Sequence record: PZ452583.1
From: a phage
Reading direction: 5' to 3' (one strand)
Length of the DNA stretch: 64,000 nucleotides
The notes under the pieces were generated by a model. It worked only from the letters and a program-made list of their open reading frames with translations. It was not told the DNA's origin and made no database searches. Position 1 is the first letter of the stretch, and each line of letters starts with the position of its first letter. Positions 46,578 through 60,863 of this stretch are shown here, piece by piece. The translations under genes were made by a program, and so were the position numbers.

Positions 46578-48560
46578 ATGGCAAATACCCCTGTAAATTA
46601 TCAATTAACAAGAACAGCAAATGCTATTCCCGAGATATTCGTCGGGGGTACGTTTGCTGAAATAAAACAAAACCTCATTGAATGGCTTAATGGCCAAAAT
46701 GAATTTTTGGATTATGATTTTGAAGGCTCAAGATTAAACGTTCTGTGTGACCTTTTGGCTTATAATACGCTGTACATTCAGCAGTTTGGTAATGCTGCTG
46801 TGTATGAAAGCTTTATGCGTACTGCTAACTTACGAAGTTCAGTTGTTCAAGCTGCACAAGATAACGGATATTTACCTACTTCAAAATCCGCTGCGCAGAC
46901 CGAAATTATGTTAACATGCACCGACGCATTGAATAGGAATTACATTACTATTCCTCGCGGAACTCGCTTTTTAGCATATGCAAAAGATACTTCTGTTAAT
47001 CCATATAACTTCGTTTCTACCGAAGACGTTATTGCTATTCGTGATAAAAATAACCAATATTTTCCACGTTTAAAATTGGCCCAGGGACGTATAGTAAGAA
47101 CTGAAATCATTTATGATAAATTAACACCTATTATCATTTATGATAAAAATATTGATAGAAACCAGGTTAAATTATATGTTGATGGAGCGGAATGGATTAA
47201 CTGGACGAGAAAGTCAATGGTTCATGCTGGTTCAACATCAACGATTTACTATATGCGTGAAACTATTGATGGAAACACTGAATTCTATTTTGGCGAAGGT
47301 GAAATTTCTGTTAATGCTTCTGAAGGAGCTTTGACCGCTAATTATATCGGAGGTCTTAAACCTACCCAGAACTCTACGATTGTTATTGAGTACATCAGTA
47401 CTAACGGTGCAGATGCGAATGGCGCAGTCGGATTTTCATATGCAGATACATTAACAAATATAACTGTCATCAATATTAATGAAAATCCAAACGACGACCC
47501 AGATTTTGTCGGAGCAGATGGCGGCGGTGATCCAGAAGATATTGAACGTATTCGCGAATTGGGTACTATTAAACGCGAAACTCAGCAACGATGCGTAACT
47601 GCGACTGACTACGATACATTCGTTTCAGAGAGATTTGGTTCTATTATTCAAGCTGTTCAGACTTTCACTGATTCTACTAAACCTGGGTATGCATTTATTG
47701 CTGCTAAACCTAAATCAGGTCTGTATTTAACTACTGTGCAACGTGAAGATATTAAAAATTATCTCAAAGACTATAATTTAGCTCCTATTACGCCATCAAT
47801 TATTTCTCCTAATTATCTTTTTATTAAGACTAATTTAAAAGTCACATATGCTTTAAATAAGCTGCAAGAATCCGAACAGTGGCTCGAAGGTCAAATAATT
47901 GATAAAATTGATCGTTATTATACCGAAGATGTAGAAATTTTCAACTCGTCTTTTGCCAAGTCTAAGATGTTGACATATGTAGATGATGCAGATCATTCTA
48001 TCATTGGTTCATCAGCGACAATTCAAATTGTTCGTGAAGTACAAAACTTCTATAAAACGCCTGAAGCGGGTATTAAATACAATAATCAAATAAAAGATCG
48101 TTCTATGGAATCTAATACGTTTTCATTTAATTCTGGACGAAAGGTTGTAAATCCTGATACTGGTTTAGAAGAAGATGTATTATACGATGTTCGTATAGTA
48201 TCAACAGACCGAGATTCTAAAGGAATTGGTAAAGTTATTATTGGTCCATTTGCTTCTGGCGATGTTACAGAAAATGAAAACATTCAGCCGTATACAGGCA
48301 ACGATTTTAACAAATTAGCAAATTCTGATGGACGCGACAAATACTATGTTATCGGTGAAATAAATTATCCAGCTGACATGATTTATTGGAATATCGCTAA
48401 AATTAATTTAACATCTGAAAAATTTGAAGTTCAGACTATTGAATTATATTCTGACCCAACCGATGATGTTATCTTTACTCGCGATGGTTCACTGATTGTA
48501 TTTGAAAATGACTTACGTCCACAATACTTAACTATCGATTTGGAGCCTATATCACAATGA
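46578..48560 (+). CDS. 6: Baseplate wedge protein gp6
   Basis: 660 aa, T4 gp6 size; synteny 5.4-6-7. Confidence 0.93.
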   Translation: MANTPVNYQLTRTANAIPEIFVGGTFAEIKQNLIEWLNGQNEFLDYDFEGSRLNVLCDLLAYNTLYIQQFGNAAVYESFMRTANLRSSVVQAAQDNGYLPTSKSAAQTEIMLTCTDALNRNYITIPRGTRFLAYAKDTSVNPYNFVSTEDVIAIRDKNNQYFPRLKLAQGRIVRTEIIYDKLTPIIIYDKNIDRNQVKLYVDGAEWINWTRKSMVHAGSTSTIYYMRETIDGNTEFYFGEGEISVNASEGALTANYIGGLKPTQNSTIVIEYISTNGADANGAVGFSYADTLTNITVININENPNDDPDFVGADGGGDPEDIERIRELGTIKRETQQRCVTATDYDTFVSERFGSIIQAVQTFTDSTKPGYAFIAAKPKSGLYLTTVQREDIKNYLKDYNLAPITPSIISPNYLFIKTNLKVTYALNKLQESEQWLEGQIIDKIDRYYTEDVEIFNSSFAKSKMLTYVDDADHSIIGSSATIQIVREVQNFYKTPEAGIKYNNQIKDRSMESNTFSFNSGRKVVNPDTGLEEDVLYDVRIVSTDRDSKGIGKVIIGPFASGDVTENENIQPYTGNDFNKLANSDGRDKYYVIGEINYPADMIYWNIAKINLTSEKFEVQTIELYSDPTDDVIFTRDGSLIVFENDLRPQYLTIDLEPISQ

Positions 48561-51500
48561 CAGTAAAAGCACCTTCAGTCACTAGTCTCAGAATTTCCAA
48601 GTTATCCGCAAATCAGGTGCAAGTACGCTGGGATGACGTTGGTGCTAATTTCTACTATTTTGTAGAAATCGCTGAGACAAAAACAAACTCGGGGGAAAAT
48701 CTCCCGAGTAATCAATACAGATGGATTAACTTAGGATATACTGCAAATAACAGCTTCTTTTTTGATGATGCTGATCCATTGACATCATATATTATCAGAG
48801 TAGCTACAGCTGCGCAAGATTTTGAGCAGTCTGATTGGATTTATACTGAAGAGTTTGAAACTTTTGCTACGAATGCTTACACATTTCAAAACATGATTGA
48901 AATGCAATTAGCCAATAAATTCATTCAGGAAAAATTTACTCTTAATAATTCTGATTATGTTAATTTTAATAATGACACTATAATGGCTGCATTGATGAAT
49001 GAATCATTTCAATTCAGCCCATCGTATGTTGATGTCTCATCAATCAGTAATTTTATTATTGGTGAAAATGAGTATCATGAAATACAAGGTTCTATTCAGC
49101 AAGTATGTAAGGATATTAACCGAGTTTATTTGATGGAATCAGAAGGAATTCTATATCTTTTTGAGCGCTATCAACCTGTAGTTAAAGTATCCAATGATAA
49201 AGGACAAACCTGGAAAGCTGTAAAGCTCTTCAATGACCGTGTAGGATATCCTCTATCTAAGACAATATATTACCAATCTGCGAACACAACATACGTTCTA
49301 GGATACGACAAGATTTTCTATGGCCGCAAATCTACTGATGTTAGATGGTCAGCCGATGATGTCAGATTTAGTTCTCAGGATATAACATTTGCTAAACTTG
49401 GCGACCAACTTCATTTAGGATTTGATGTAGAAATTTTTGCCACTTACGCGACTTTGCCAGCGAATGTATACCGCATTGCAGAAGCTATTACTTGCACCGA
49501 TGATTACATTTACGTTGTCGCCAGAGACAAAGTTAGATACATAAAAACGAGTAATGCACCTATAGATTCTGATCCATTATCTCCAACATATTCGGAAAGA
49601 CTTTTTGAACCTGATACTATGACTATAACCGGAAATCCTAAAGCGGTATGCTATAAAATGGATTCTATCGGTGATAAAGTTTTTGCTCTTATTATTGGTG
49701 AAGTTGAAACATTAAATGCTAATCCTAGAACATCAAAAATAATTGATTCCGCTGATAAAGGAATATATGTTTTAAATCATGACGAAAAAACATGGAAAAG
49801 AGTTTTTGGTAATACCGAAGAAGAAAGAAGACGTATTCAACCCGGATATGCGAATATGTCAACTGATGGTAAATTAGTTTCTCTGTCTTCGAGTAATTTT
49901 AAATTTTTAAGTGATAATGTTGTTAATGACCCTGAAACTGCAGCAAAATATCAGTTAATTGGTGCTGTCAAATATGAATTTCCTCGTGAATGGCTAGCTG
50001 ATAAGCATTATCATATGATGGCATTTATAGCGGATGAAAAATCTGATTGGGAGACTTTTACTCCTCAACCAATGAAATACTACGCAGAACCGTTCTTTAA
50101 CTGGTCTAAAAAATCTAACACACGCTGTTGGATAAACAACTCCGATAGGGTTGTAGTAGTTTATGCTGATTTAAAATACACTAAAGTTATAGAAAATATT
50201 CCGGAAACATCACCAGATAGATTAGTTCATGAATACTGGGATGATGGCGATTGTACTATAGTAATGCCAAATGTTAAATTCACTGGATTTAAAAAATATG
50301 CATCTGGGATGCTTTTCTATAAAGCCTCTGGTGAAATAATTTCTTACTATGATTTTAACTATCGTGTGAGAGATACAGTAGAAATTATTTGGAAGCCAAC
50401 TGAAGTATTTTTAAAAGCATTTTTACAAAACCAAGAGCGTGAAACTCCTTGGTCACCAGAAGAAGAACGTGGATTAGCTGACCCTGATTTAAGACCATTA
50501 ATTGGCACAATGATGCCTGATTCTTATTTGTTACAAGATTCTAATTTTGAGGCATTTTGTGAAGCATATATTCAATATCTTTCTGACGGATATGGAACTC
50601 AGTATAACAATTTACGAAATTTAATTCGTAACCAATATCCACGAGAAGAGCATGCGTGGGAATATTTGTGGTCAGAGATATATAAAAGAAACATTTATTT
50701 AAATGCTGACAAACGTGATGCTGTTGCAAGATTTTTCGAATCACGTAGCTATGATTTTTATTCTACTAAAGGAATTGAAGCATCATACAAATTTCTTTTT
50801 AAAGTTCTTTATAATGAAGAAGTCGAAATTGAAATTGAATCGGGAGCAGGTACTGAATATGATGTAATCATTCAATCTGATTCTCTTACAGAAGATTTAG
50901 TAGGACAAACGATTTATACAGCTACAGGAAGATGTAATGTTACTTATATAGAAAGAAGCTATTCTAATGGTAAATTGCAATGGACCGTAACTATTCATAA
51001 TCTTTTGGGACGATTAATTGCTGGCCAAGAAGTTAAAGCAGAAAGACTTCCTAGTTTTGAAGGCGAAATTATTCGTGGGGTTAAAGGAAAGGATTTGCTT
51101 CAAAATAATATAGACTATATTAATAGAAGTCGATCATATTATGTAATGAAAATTAAATCCAATTTACCTTCTTCTCGTTGGAAATCTGACGTTATTCGTT
51201 TTGTTCATCCAGTAGGATTTGGATTTATAGCAATTACCCTTTTAACGATGTTTATTAATGTCGGTTTAACTCTTAAACACACAGAGACAATAATTAATAA
51301 ATATAAAAACTACAAATGGGATTCTGGATTGCCTACTGAATATGCTGATAGAGTAGCTAAATTAACTCCTACCGGTGAAATTGAACACGATTCAGTAACA
51401 GGCGAAGCAATTTATGAGCCTGGCCCAATGGCTGGTGTAGAATATCCTCTTCCTGATGACTATAATGCTGAAAATAATAATTCAATATTTCAAGGTCAAT

Positions 51501-51655
51501 TGCCGTCTGAACGACGTAAATTAATGAGTCCTTTATTTGATGCATCTGGAACAACATTTGCGCAATTTAGAGATTTAGTTAATAAACGTCTAAAAGATAA
51601 TATAGGAAATCCAAGAGACCCTGAAAATCCAACACAGGTTAAAATAGATGAATGA
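48557..51655 (+). CDS. 7: Baseplate wedge initiator gp7
   Basis: 1032 aa, T4 gp7 size; ATGA coupling with gene 6. Confidence 0.93.
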   Translation: MTVKAPSVTSLRISKLSANQVQVRWDDVGANFYYFVEIAETKTNSGENLPSNQYRWINLGYTANNSFFFDDADPLTSYIIRVATAAQDFEQSDWIYTEEFETFATNAYTFQNMIEMQLANKFIQEKFTLNNSDYVNFNNDTIMAALMNESFQFSPSYVDVSSISNFIIGENEYHEIQGSIQQVCKDINRVYLMESEGILYLFERYQPVVKVSNDKGQTWKAVKLFNDRVGYPLSKTIYYQSANTTYVLGYDKIFYGRKSTDVRWSADDVRFSSQDITFAKLGDQLHLGFDVEIFATYATLPANVYRIAEAITCTDDYIYVVARDKVRYIKTSNAPIDSDPLSPTYSERLFEPDTMTITGNPKAVCYKMDSIGDKVFALIIGEVETLNANPRTSKIIDSADKGIYVLNHDEKTWKRVFGNTEEERRRIQPGYANMSTDGKLVSLSSSNFKFLSDNVVNDPETAAKYQLIGAVKYEFPREWLADKHYHMMAFIADEKSDWETFTPQPMKYYAEPFFNWSKKSNTRCWINNSDRVVVVYADLKYTKVIENIPETSPDRLVHEYWDDGDCTIVMPNVKFTGFKKYASGMLFYKASGEIISYYDFNYRVRDTVEIIWKPTEVFLKAFLQNQERETPWSPEEERGLADPDLRPLIGTMMPDSYLLQDSNFEAFCEAYIQYLSDGYGTQYNNLRNLIRNQYPREEHAWEYLWSEIYKRNIYLNADKRDAVARFFESRSYDFYSTKGIEASYKFLFKVLYNEEVEIEIESGAGTEYDVIIQSDSLTEDLVGQTIYTATGRCNVTYIERSYSNGKLQWTVTIHNLLGRLIAGQEVKAERLPSFEGEIIRGVKGKDLLQNNIDYINRSRSYYVMKIKSNLPSSRWKSDVIRFVHPVGFGFIAITLLTMFINVGLTLKHTETIINKYKNYKWDSGLPTEYADRVAKLTPTGEIEHDSVTGEAIYEPGPMAGVEYPLPDDYNAENNNSIFQGQLPSERRKLMSPLFDASGTTFAQFRDLVNKRLKDNIGNPRDPENPTQVKIDE

Positions 51656-52652
51656 TTCAAGTGTTATCTATCGTGCGATAGTTACTTCAAAATTTAGAAC
51701 AGAAAAAATGTTGAATTTTTATAATTCAATTGGAAGTGGTCCGGATAAAAACACTATCTTTATCACATTTGGAAGATCAGAACCGTGGTCATCAAATGAA
51801 AATGAGGTGGGCTTTGCCCCACCTTATCCTACCGATTCTGTATTAGGTGTAACTGACATGTGGACTCATATGATGGGAACAGTAAAAGTTCTTCCATCAA
51901 TGCTTGATGCTGTTATTCCTCGCAGAGATTGGGGAGATACTAGATATCCGGATCCATACACATTTAGAATTAACGATATTGTAGTGTGTAACTCAGCTCC
52001 TTACAACGCTACTGAATCAGGCGCAGGCTGGTTAGTATATCGTTGTTTAGATGTTCCTGATACCGGAATGTGTTCAATCGCATCTTTAACTGATAAGGAT
52101 GAATGCCTTAAGTTAGGTGGAAAATGGACTCCTTCTGCTAGGTCAATGACTCCTCCTGAAGGTCGAGGAGATGCTGAAGGAACAATTGAACCTGGGGACG
52201 GGTATGTGTGGGAATATCTATTTGAGATTCCGCCTGATGTATCTATAAATAGATGTACGAATGAATATATCGTGGTTCCTTGGCCTGAGGAATTAAAAGA
52301 AGACCCGACTAGATGGGGATATGAAGATAATCTCACTTGGCAACAAGATGATTTTGGATTAATTTACCGTGTTAAGGCAAATACTATCCGTTTTAAAGCA
52401 TATTTAGATTCAGTTTATTTTCCTGAAGCTGCATTGCCAGGAAATAAAGGATTTAGACAAATATCAATAATCACGAATCCTCTTGAAGCTAAAGCTCATC
52501 CAAATGACCCAAACGTTAAAGCTGAAAAGGATTATTATGATCCGGAAGATTTAATGAGGCATTCGGGCGAAATGATTTATATGGAAAATAGGCCACCTAT
52601 TATTATGGCAATGGATCAGACAGAAGAAATCAATATTCTGTTTACATTTTAA
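51648..52652 (+). CDS. 8: Baseplate wedge protein gp8
   Basis: 334 aa, T4 gp8 size; overlaps gene 7 end. Confidence 0.93.
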   Translation: MNDSSVIYRAIVTSKFRTEKMLNFYNSIGSGPDKNTIFITFGRSEPWSSNENEVGFAPPYPTDSVLGVTDMWTHMMGTVKVLPSMLDAVIPRRDWGDTRYPDPYTFRINDIVVCNSAPYNATESGAGWLVYRCLDVPDTGMCSIASLTDKDECLKLGGKWTPSARSMTPPEGRGDAEGTIEPGDGYVWEYLFEIPPDVSINRCTNEYIVVPWPEELKEDPTRWGYEDNLTWQQDDFGLIYRVKANTIRFKAYLDSVYFPEAALPGNKGFRQISIITNPLEAKAHPNDPNVKAEKDYYDPEDLMRHSGEMIYMENRPPIIMAMDQTEEINILFTF

Positions 52653-52657
52653 ATTAA

Positions 52658-52680
52658 GGGAGCCCATGGGCTCCCTTTTT
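52658..52680 (+). terminator. Rho-independent terminator after gene 8 (GGGAGCC-CAUG-GGCUCCC then UUUUU)
   Basis: 7-bp GC stem, 4-nt loop and T5 run read in sequence. Confidence 0.75.
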
Positions 52681-52683
52681 CTT

Positions 52684-52691
52684 TATAAATA
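52684..52691 (+). promoter_or_regulatory. Late promoter TATAAATA for gene 9
   Basis: Exact TATAAATA 25 nt upstream of the gene 9 ATG. Confidence 0.65.
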
Positions 52692-52715
52692 CTATAAACT
52701 CATAAGGAAACCGCT

Positions 52716-53582
52716 ATGTTCATTCAAGAACCAAAGAAATTGATTGATACCGGCGAAATTGGTAACGCTTCTACTGGTGATATCTTATTCGACGGTGGTA
52801 ATAAAATTAATAGTGATTTTAACGCAATTTATAATGCGTTTGGCGATCAACGTAAAATGGCAGTAGCAAATGGCACCGGAGCAGATGGTCAAATTATCCA
52901 TGCTACTGGATATTATCAAAAACACTCTATTGCAGAGTATGCAACTCCAGTAAAAGTTGGCACTAGGCATGATATTGATACCTCTACTGTAGGTGTTAAA
53001 GTTATCATTGAAAGAGGCGAACTCGGCGATTGTGTTGAATTCATTAATTCTAACGGATCAATATCAGTTACTAATCCTTTGACAATTCAAGCTATTGATT
53101 CAATTAAAGGTGTTTCAGGTAATTTAGTAGTAACTAGCCCATATAGTAAAGTTACTTTACGCTGTATTTCATCTGATAATTCTACGTCGGTTTGGAATTA
53201 TTCTATTGAAAGTATGTTTGGACAAAAGGAATCACCAGCTGAAGGTACATGGAATATTTCTACATCTGGATCAGTTGATATTCCACTATTTCATCGCACT
53301 GAATACAATATGGCTAAATTACTAGTTACATGCCAATCGGTAGATGGAAGAAAAATTAAAACAGCAGAAATAAATATTCTTGTGGATACTGTCAATTCAG
53401 AGGTAATTTCTTCTGAATATGCTGTCATGCGAGTTGGGAATGAAACCGAAGAAGACGAAATCGCTAATATTGCATTTAGTATTAAAGAAAATTACGTAAC
53501 GGCGACTATAAGTTCTTCAACTGTCGGTATGAGAGCAGCAGTTAAAGTTATCGCTACGCAGAAAATCGGGGTGGCTCAATAA
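52716..53582 (+). CDS. 9: Baseplate wedge / long-tail-fibre socket protein gp9
   Basis: 288 aa, T4 gp9 size. Confidence 0.93.
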   Translation: MFIQEPKKLIDTGEIGNASTGDILFDGGNKINSDFNAIYNAFGDQRKMAVANGTGADGQIIHATGYYQKHSIAEYATPVKVGTRHDIDTSTVGVKVIIERGELGDCVEFINSNGSISVTNPLTIQAIDSIKGVSGNLVVTSPYSKVTLRCISSDNSTSVWNYSIESMFGQKESPAEGTWNISTSGSVDIPLFHRTEYNMAKLLVTCQSVDGRKIKTAEINILVDTVNSEVISSEYAVMRVGNETEEDEIANIAFSIKENYVTATISSSTVGMRAAVKVIATQKIGVAQ

Positions 53583-55390
53583 TGAAACAAAATATTAATA
53601 TCGGTAATGTTGTAGATGATGGTACCGGTGACTACCTGCGTAAAGGTGGTATAAAAATAAATGAAAACTTTGATGAGCTTTATTATGAACTCGGTGATGG
53701 TGATGTTCCATATTCAGCCGGTGCCTGGAAAACTTATAATGCTTCATCAGGACAAACATTAACAGCAGAATGGGGAAAATCATACGCTATTAATACATCT
53801 TCTGGAAGAGTGACTATAAATCTTCCAAAGGGCACAGTTAATGATTACAACAAGGTAATTAGAGCTAGAGACGTATTTGCTACATGGAACGTCAACCCAG
53901 TTACACTAGTAGCTGCTTCCGGAGATACGATTAAAGGGTCTGCAGTACCAGTTGAAATTAATGTTCAATTCAGCGATTTAGAACTAGTGTATTGTGCCCC
54001 AGGACGTTGGGAATATGTCAAAAATAAACAAATTGACAAAATTACCAGTTCAGACATTAGTAATGTAGCTCGTAAAGAATTTTTAGTCGAAGTCCAAGGA
54101 CAAACAGACTTTTTAGATGTTTTCCGTGGAACCAGTTATAATGTAAATAACATCAGAGTAAAACATCGTGGTAACGAATTGTATTATGGCGATGTGTTTA
54201 GCGAAAACAGTGATTTTGGCTCTCCAGGTGAAAATGAAGGAGAACTGGTTCCTCTTGATGGATTTAATATTCGATTAAGACAGCCTTGTAATATTGGTGA
54301 CACTGTTCAAATTGAAACATTTATGGATGGTGTATCGCAGTGGAGAAGTTCATATACAAGACGTCAAATTAGATTGTTAGATTCAAAATTAACGTCAAAA
54401 ACTTCTTTAGAAGGAAGCATTTACGTTACTGATTTATCAACAATGAAATCAATTCCATTTTCTGCTTTTGGATTAATTCCAGGAGAACCTATTAATCCTA
54501 ACTCTCTTGAGGTTCGTTTTAACGGGATTTTGCAGGAATTGGCTGGCACAGTTGGAATGCCATTATTTCATTGTGTTGGTGCCGATTCAGACGATGAAGT
54601 AGAATGCTCTGTTTTAGGTGGAACTTGGGAACAATCTCATACCGATTATTCAGTTGAAACTGATGAAAACGGCATACCGGAAATTTTACATTTCGATAGA
54701 GTATTTGAGCATGGTGACATTATCAATATCACCTGGTTTAATAATGATTTGGGTACATTATTAACAAAAGATGAGATTATTGATGAAACTGATAATCTCT
54801 ATGTATCGCAAGGACCAGGGGTAGATATTTCAGGTGATGTAAATTTAACAGACTTCGATAAAATTGGTTGGCCAAATGTAGAAGCAGTTCAATCTTATCA
54901 ACGCGAATTTAATGCTGTTTCAAATATCTTTGATACGATTTATCCTATTGGAACTATATATGAAAACGCTGTTAATCCAAACAACCCTGTTACATATATG
55001 GGATTCGGCTCATGGAAATTATTTGGGCAAGGAAAAGTTTTAGTTGGATGGAATGAAGATATTTCGGATCCGAATTTTGCTCTAAATAACAACGATTTAG
55101 ATTCTGGCGGAAATCCTTCGCATACTGCAGGTGGAACAGGTGGTTCTACTTCTGTTACATTGGAAAATGCTAATCTTCCTGCAACTGAAACAGATGAAGA
55201 AGTTCTAATAGTTGATGAAAATGGATCAGTCATTGTTGGTGGGTGTCAATACGATCCAGATGAATCCGGTCCAATTTACACTAAATACCGTGAAGCTAAA
55301 GCATCTACTAACTCTACTCACACTCCGCCAACATCAATAACTAACATTCAACCATATATTACAGTTTATCGTTGGATAAGGATTGCATAA
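53582..55390 (+). CDS. 10: Baseplate wedge and tail-pin protein gp10
   Basis: 602 aa, T4 gp10 size; TAATG overlap with gene 11. Confidence 0.93.
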   Translation: MKQNINIGNVVDDGTGDYLRKGGIKINENFDELYYELGDGDVPYSAGAWKTYNASSGQTLTAEWGKSYAINTSSGRVTINLPKGTVNDYNKVIRARDVFATWNVNPVTLVAASGDTIKGSAVPVEINVQFSDLELVYCAPGRWEYVKNKQIDKITSSDISNVARKEFLVEVQGQTDFLDVFRGTSYNVNNIRVKHRGNELYYGDVFSENSDFGSPGENEGELVPLDGFNIRLRQPCNIGDTVQIETFMDGVSQWRSSYTRRQIRLLDSKLTSKTSLEGSIYVTDLSTMKSIPFSAFGLIPGEPINPNSLEVRFNGILQELAGTVGMPLFHCVGADSDDEVECSVLGGTWEQSHTDYSVETDENGIPEILHFDRVFEHGDIINITWFNNDLGTLLTKDEIIDETDNLYVSQGPGVDISGDVNLTDFDKIGWPNVEAVQSYQREFNAVSNIFDTIYPIGTIYENAVNPNNPVTYMGFGSWKLFGQGKVLVGWNEDISDPNFALNNNDLDSGGNPSHTAGGTGGSTSVTLENANLPATETDEEVLIVDENGSVIVGGCQYDPDESGPIYTKYREAKASTNSTHTPPTSITNIQPYITVYRWIRIA

Positions 55391-56049
55391 TGAGTTTACT
55401 TAATAATAAAGCGGGAGTTATTTCCCGCTTAGCCGATTTTCTTGGTTTTAGACCTAAAGCTGGTAATATAGATGTAATGAATCGTCAATCAGTTGGGTCA
55501 GTGACAATTTCTCAATTAGCGAAAGGATTCTATGAACCAAACGTAGAATCAGCTATTAATGATGTTCATAATTTTTCTATAAAAGACATTGGTACAATTA
55601 TTACTAATAAAACTGGTGTTTCTCCTGAGGGTGTTTCTCAAACTGATTATTGGGCATTTTCTGGAACTGTAACAGACGATTCTCTTCCTCCGGGTTCTCC
55701 TGTCACAGTATTAGTATTTGGTCTTCCAGTTTCAGCAACAACTGGAATGACGGCAATTGAGTTTGTTGCAAAAGTTCGTGTTGCCCTTCAAGAAGCTATT
55801 GCGTCATTTACTGCTATCAACTCATATAAAGACCATCCGACAGATGGTAGTAAATTAGAAGTTACTTATTTAGATAATCAAAAACATGTATTAAGCACAT
55901 ATTCTACATATGGAATAACTATTTCACAGGAAATTATTTCTGAGTCTAAACCTGGCTACGGTACATGGAATTTATTAGGCGCACAAACTGTAACTTTAGA
56001 TAATCAGCAGACTCCTACAGTACTTTATCATTTTGAGAGAACAGCATGA
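55390..56049 (+). CDS. 11: Baseplate wedge / short-tail-fibre attachment protein gp11
   Basis: 219 aa from ATG 55390 ([20 protein letters not shown]...); ORF-track start 55372 is an upstream alternative. Confidence 0.9.
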   Translation: MSLLNNKAGVISRLADFLGFRPKAGNIDVMNRQSVGSVTISQLAKGFYEPNVESAINDVHNFSIKDIGTIITNKTGVSPEGVSQTDYWAFSGTVTDDSLPPGSPVTVLVFGLPVSATTGMTAIEFVAKVRVALQEAIASFTAINSYKDHPTDGSKLEVTYLDNQKHVLSTYSTYGITISQEIISESKPGYGTWNLLGAQTVTLDNQQTPTVLYHFERTA

Positions 56050-57629
56050 GTAATAATACATATCAACACGTTTCTAATGAATCTCGTTATGTAAAATTTG
56101 ATCCAACTGGTACAAATTTTCCGGAAGAGATTACTGATGTTCAGGCTGCTATAGCAGCCATTTCTCCTGCTGGCGTAAATGGAGTTCCTGATGCATCGTC
56201 AACAACAAAGGGAATTTTATTTCTTGCCACTGAACAGGAAGTTATAGATGGAACTAATAATACCAAAGCAGTTACACCGGCAACGTTGGCAACAAGATTA
56301 TCATATCCAAATGCTACCGAAGAAGTTTATGGACTTACACGTTATTCAACAGACGATGAAGCTGTAGCTGGTGTTAATAATGAATCATCTATAACTCCGG
56401 CTAAATTTACTACAGCAATTAATCACATTTTTGATACACGAATTTCTTCTGAAAGTTCACTTGGCGTTATTAAGTTATCATCTCTACCGCAAGCATTAGC
56501 TGGTGCAGATGATACTACTGCAATGACTCCATTAAAAACGCAGCAGTTAGCTATTAAATTAATTGCGCAAATTGCTCCTTCTGAAACCACAGCTACCGAA
56601 TCGGACCAAGGTGTTGTTCAATTAGCAACAGTAGCTCAGGTTCGTCAGGGAACTTTAAGAGAAGGCTATGCAATTTCTCCTTATACGTTTATGAATTCAT
56701 CTGCTACTGAAGAATATAAAGGCGTAATTAAATTAGGAACACAATCAGAAGTTAACTCGAATAATGCTTCTGTTGCTGTTACTGGTGCAACTCTTAATGG
56801 TCGTGGTTCTACAACGTCAATGAGAGGCGTAGTTAAATTAACTACAACTGCCGGCTCACAGAGTGGAGGTGATGCTTCATCAGCACTAGCTTGGAATGCT
56901 GACGTTATCCATCAAAGAGGCGGTCAAACTATTAATGGAACACTCCGCATTAATAACACGCTTACAATAGCTTCAGGTGGAGCAAATATTACCGGAACAG
57001 TTAACATGACCGGTGGTTATATTCAAGGTAAGCGTGTCGTAACACAAAATGAAATTGATAGAACTATTCCTGTCGGAGCTATTATGATGTGGGCCGCTGA
57101 TAGTCTTCCTAGTGATGCTTGGCGTTTTTGCCACGGTGGAACTGTTTCAGCATCAGATTGTCCATTATATGCTTCTAGAATTGGAACAAGATACGGCGGA
57201 AGTTCATCAAATCCTGGATTACCTGATATGCGTGGTCTTTTTGTTCGCGGCTCTGGTCGCGGCTCTCACTTAACAAATCCAAATGTTAATGGTAATGACC
57301 AGTTTGGTAAGCCTAGATTAGGTGTAGGTTGTACTGGTGGATATGTTGGTGAAGTACAGAAACAACAGATGTCTTATCATAAACATGCTGGCGGATTTGG
57401 TGAGCATGATGATTCTGGAGCATTCGGTAATACCCGTAGATCAAATTTTGTTGGTACACGTAAAGGACTTGACTGGGATAACCGTTCATACTTCACCAAT
57501 GACGGATATGAAATTGACCCGGCATCACAACGAAATTCCAAATATACATTAAATCGTCCTGAATTAATTGGAAATGAAACACGTCCATGGAACATTTCTT
57601 TAAACTACATAATTAAGGTAAAAGAATGA
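56046..57629 (+). CDS. 12: Short tail fibre gp12
   Basis: 527 aa, T4 gp12 size; ATGA coupling with gene 11. Confidence 0.93.
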   Translation: MSNNTYQHVSNESRYVKFDPTGTNFPEEITDVQAAIAAISPAGVNGVPDASSTTKGILFLATEQEVIDGTNNTKAVTPATLATRLSYPNATEEVYGLTRYSTDDEAVAGVNNESSITPAKFTTAINHIFDTRISSESSLGVIKLSSLPQALAGADDTTAMTPLKTQQLAIKLIAQIAPSETTATESDQGVVQLATVAQVRQGTLREGYAISPYTFMNSSATEEYKGVIKLGTQSEVNSNNASVAVTGATLNGRGSTTSMRGVVKLTTTAGSQSGGDASSALAWNADVIHQRGGQTINGTLRINNTLTIASGGANITGTVNMTGGYIQGKRVVTQNEIDRTIPVGAIMMWAADSLPSDAWRFCHGGTVSASDCPLYASRIGTRYGGSSSNPGLPDMRGLFVRGSGRGSHLTNPNVNGNDQFGKPRLGVGCTGGYVGEVQKQQMSYHKHAGGFGEHDDSGAFGNTRRSNFVGTRKGLDWDNRSYFTNDGYEIDPASQRNSKYTLNRPELIGNETRPWNISLNYIIKVKE

Positions 57630-59089
57630 CAGATATTGTACTGAATGACTTACCATTCGTTGACGGCCCTCCTGCGGAGGGCCAGAGCCGCATTTCCTGG
57701 ATTAAAAACGGCGAAGAAATATTAGGAGCTGACACACAGTATGGAAGCGAAGGTTCAATGAATAGACCTACAGTTTCTGTACTAAGAAATGTTGAAGTTC
57801 TTGATAAAAACATTGGAATACTTAAAACATCTTTAGAAACCGCAAATAGTGATATTAAAACCATCCAGGGCATCTTAGATGTATCTGGTGATATTGAAGC
57901 TTTAGCGCAAATAAGTATCAATAAAAAGGATATTTCTGACCTCAAAACGCTAACCAGTGAACATACAGAAATATTAAATGGAACTAATAGTACTGTTGAC
58001 AACATTCTTGCTGATATTGGTCCATTTAACTCCGAGGCCAACTCTGTATACAGAACAATCAGAAATGATTTACTGTGGATAAAGCGTGAACTTGGACAAT
58101 ACACTGGTCAAGATATTAATGGTCTTCCTGTTGTAGGAAATCCTAGTAGTGGAATGAAGCATCGCATTATTAATAATACTGATGTCATTACTTCACAGGG
58201 AATACGTTTAAGCGAATTAGAAACAAAATTTATTGAATCTGATGTAGGTTCTTTGACTATTGAAGTTGGTAATCTTCGCGAAGAGCTTGGACCGAAACCG
58301 CCGTCTTTTTCACAAACTGTTTATAGTCGTTTAAATGAAATTGACACTAAACAGACAACAGTTGAGTCTGATATTAGTGCTATTAAGACCTCAATAGGAT
58401 ATCCGGGAAATAATTCGATTATTACGAGTGTTAATACAAACACTGATAATATTGCATCTATTAATTTAGAGCTAAATCAAAGTGGAGGTATTAAACAGCG
58501 TTTAACCGTTATTGAAACTTCTATTGGTTCAGATGATATTCCTTCGAGTATTAAAGGCCAAATCAAAGATAATACAACTTCAATCGAATCTTTAAATGGA
58601 ATCGTCGGTGAAAACACTTCATCTGGTTTAAGAGCGAATGTTTCGTGGTTAAACCAAATTGTTGGAACTGATTCTAGCGGTGGACAACCTTCTCCTCCTG
58701 GGTCTCTTTTAAACCGAGTTTCTACAATTGAAACTTCTGTTTCAGGCTTGAATAACGATGTTCAAAACCTACAAGTAGAGATTGGTAATAACAGCACAGG
58801 AATTAAAGGGCAAGTTGTAGCGTTAAATACTTTAGTAAATGGAACTAACCCAAATGGTTCAACTGTTGAAGAACGCGGATTAACCAATTCAATAAAAGCT
58901 AACGAAACCAACATTGCATCAGTTACACAAGAAGTGAATACAGCTAAAGGCAATATATCTTCTTTACAAGGCGATGTTCAAGCTCTCCAAGAAGCCGGTT
59001 ATATTCCTGAAGCTCCAAGAGATGGGCAAGCTTACGTTCGTAAAGACGGCGAATGGGTATTGCTTTCTACCTTTTTATCACCAGCATAA
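57626..59089 (+). CDS. wac: Fibritin (whisker antigen control)
   Basis: 487 aa; C-terminal foldon [27 protein letters not shown]. Confidence 0.95.
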   Translation: MTDIVLNDLPFVDGPPAEGQSRISWIKNGEEILGADTQYGSEGSMNRPTVSVLRNVEVLDKNIGILKTSLETANSDIKTIQGILDVSGDIEALAQISINKKDISDLKTLTSEHTEILNGTNSTVDNILADIGPFNSEANSVYRTIRNDLLWIKRELGQYTGQDINGLPVVGNPSSGMKHRIINNTDVITSQGIRLSELETKFIESDVGSLTIEVGNLREELGPKPPSFSQTVYSRLNEIDTKQTTVESDISAIKTSIGYPGNNSIITSVNTNTDNIASINLELNQSGGIKQRLTVIETSIGSDDIPSSIKGQIKDNTTSIESLNGIVGENTSSGLRANVSWLNQIVGTDSSGGQPSPPGSLLNRVSTIETSVSGLNNDVQNLQVEIGNNSTGIKGQVVALNTLVNGTNPNGSTVEERGLTNSIKANETNIASVTQEVNTAKGNISSLQGDVQALQEAGYIPEAPRDGQAYVRKDGEWVLLSTFLSPA

Positions 59090-59092
59090 CAT

Positions 59093-59108
59093 GGGGCCGC
59101 AAGGCCCC
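59093..59108 (+). other. GC hairpin after wac (GGGGCC-GCAA-GGCCCC); no clear U-run
   Basis: 6-bp stem read in sequence. Confidence 0.4.
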
Positions 59109-59120
59109 AAAGGATTTTAA

Positions 59121-60822
<1,702 letters not shown>

Positions 60823-60863
60823 TAAATATTATAAACTAATTAAAGCCCAGATTAGGAGAAATC

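Noticed and set aside
57613-58104. Minus-strand ORFs inside the late structural block (for example 46290..46484, 48086..48283, 52001..52336, 57613..58104, 62385..62582)
   Set aside because: Antisense to baseplate, fibritin and terminase genes that are intact and T4-like in size and sequence.
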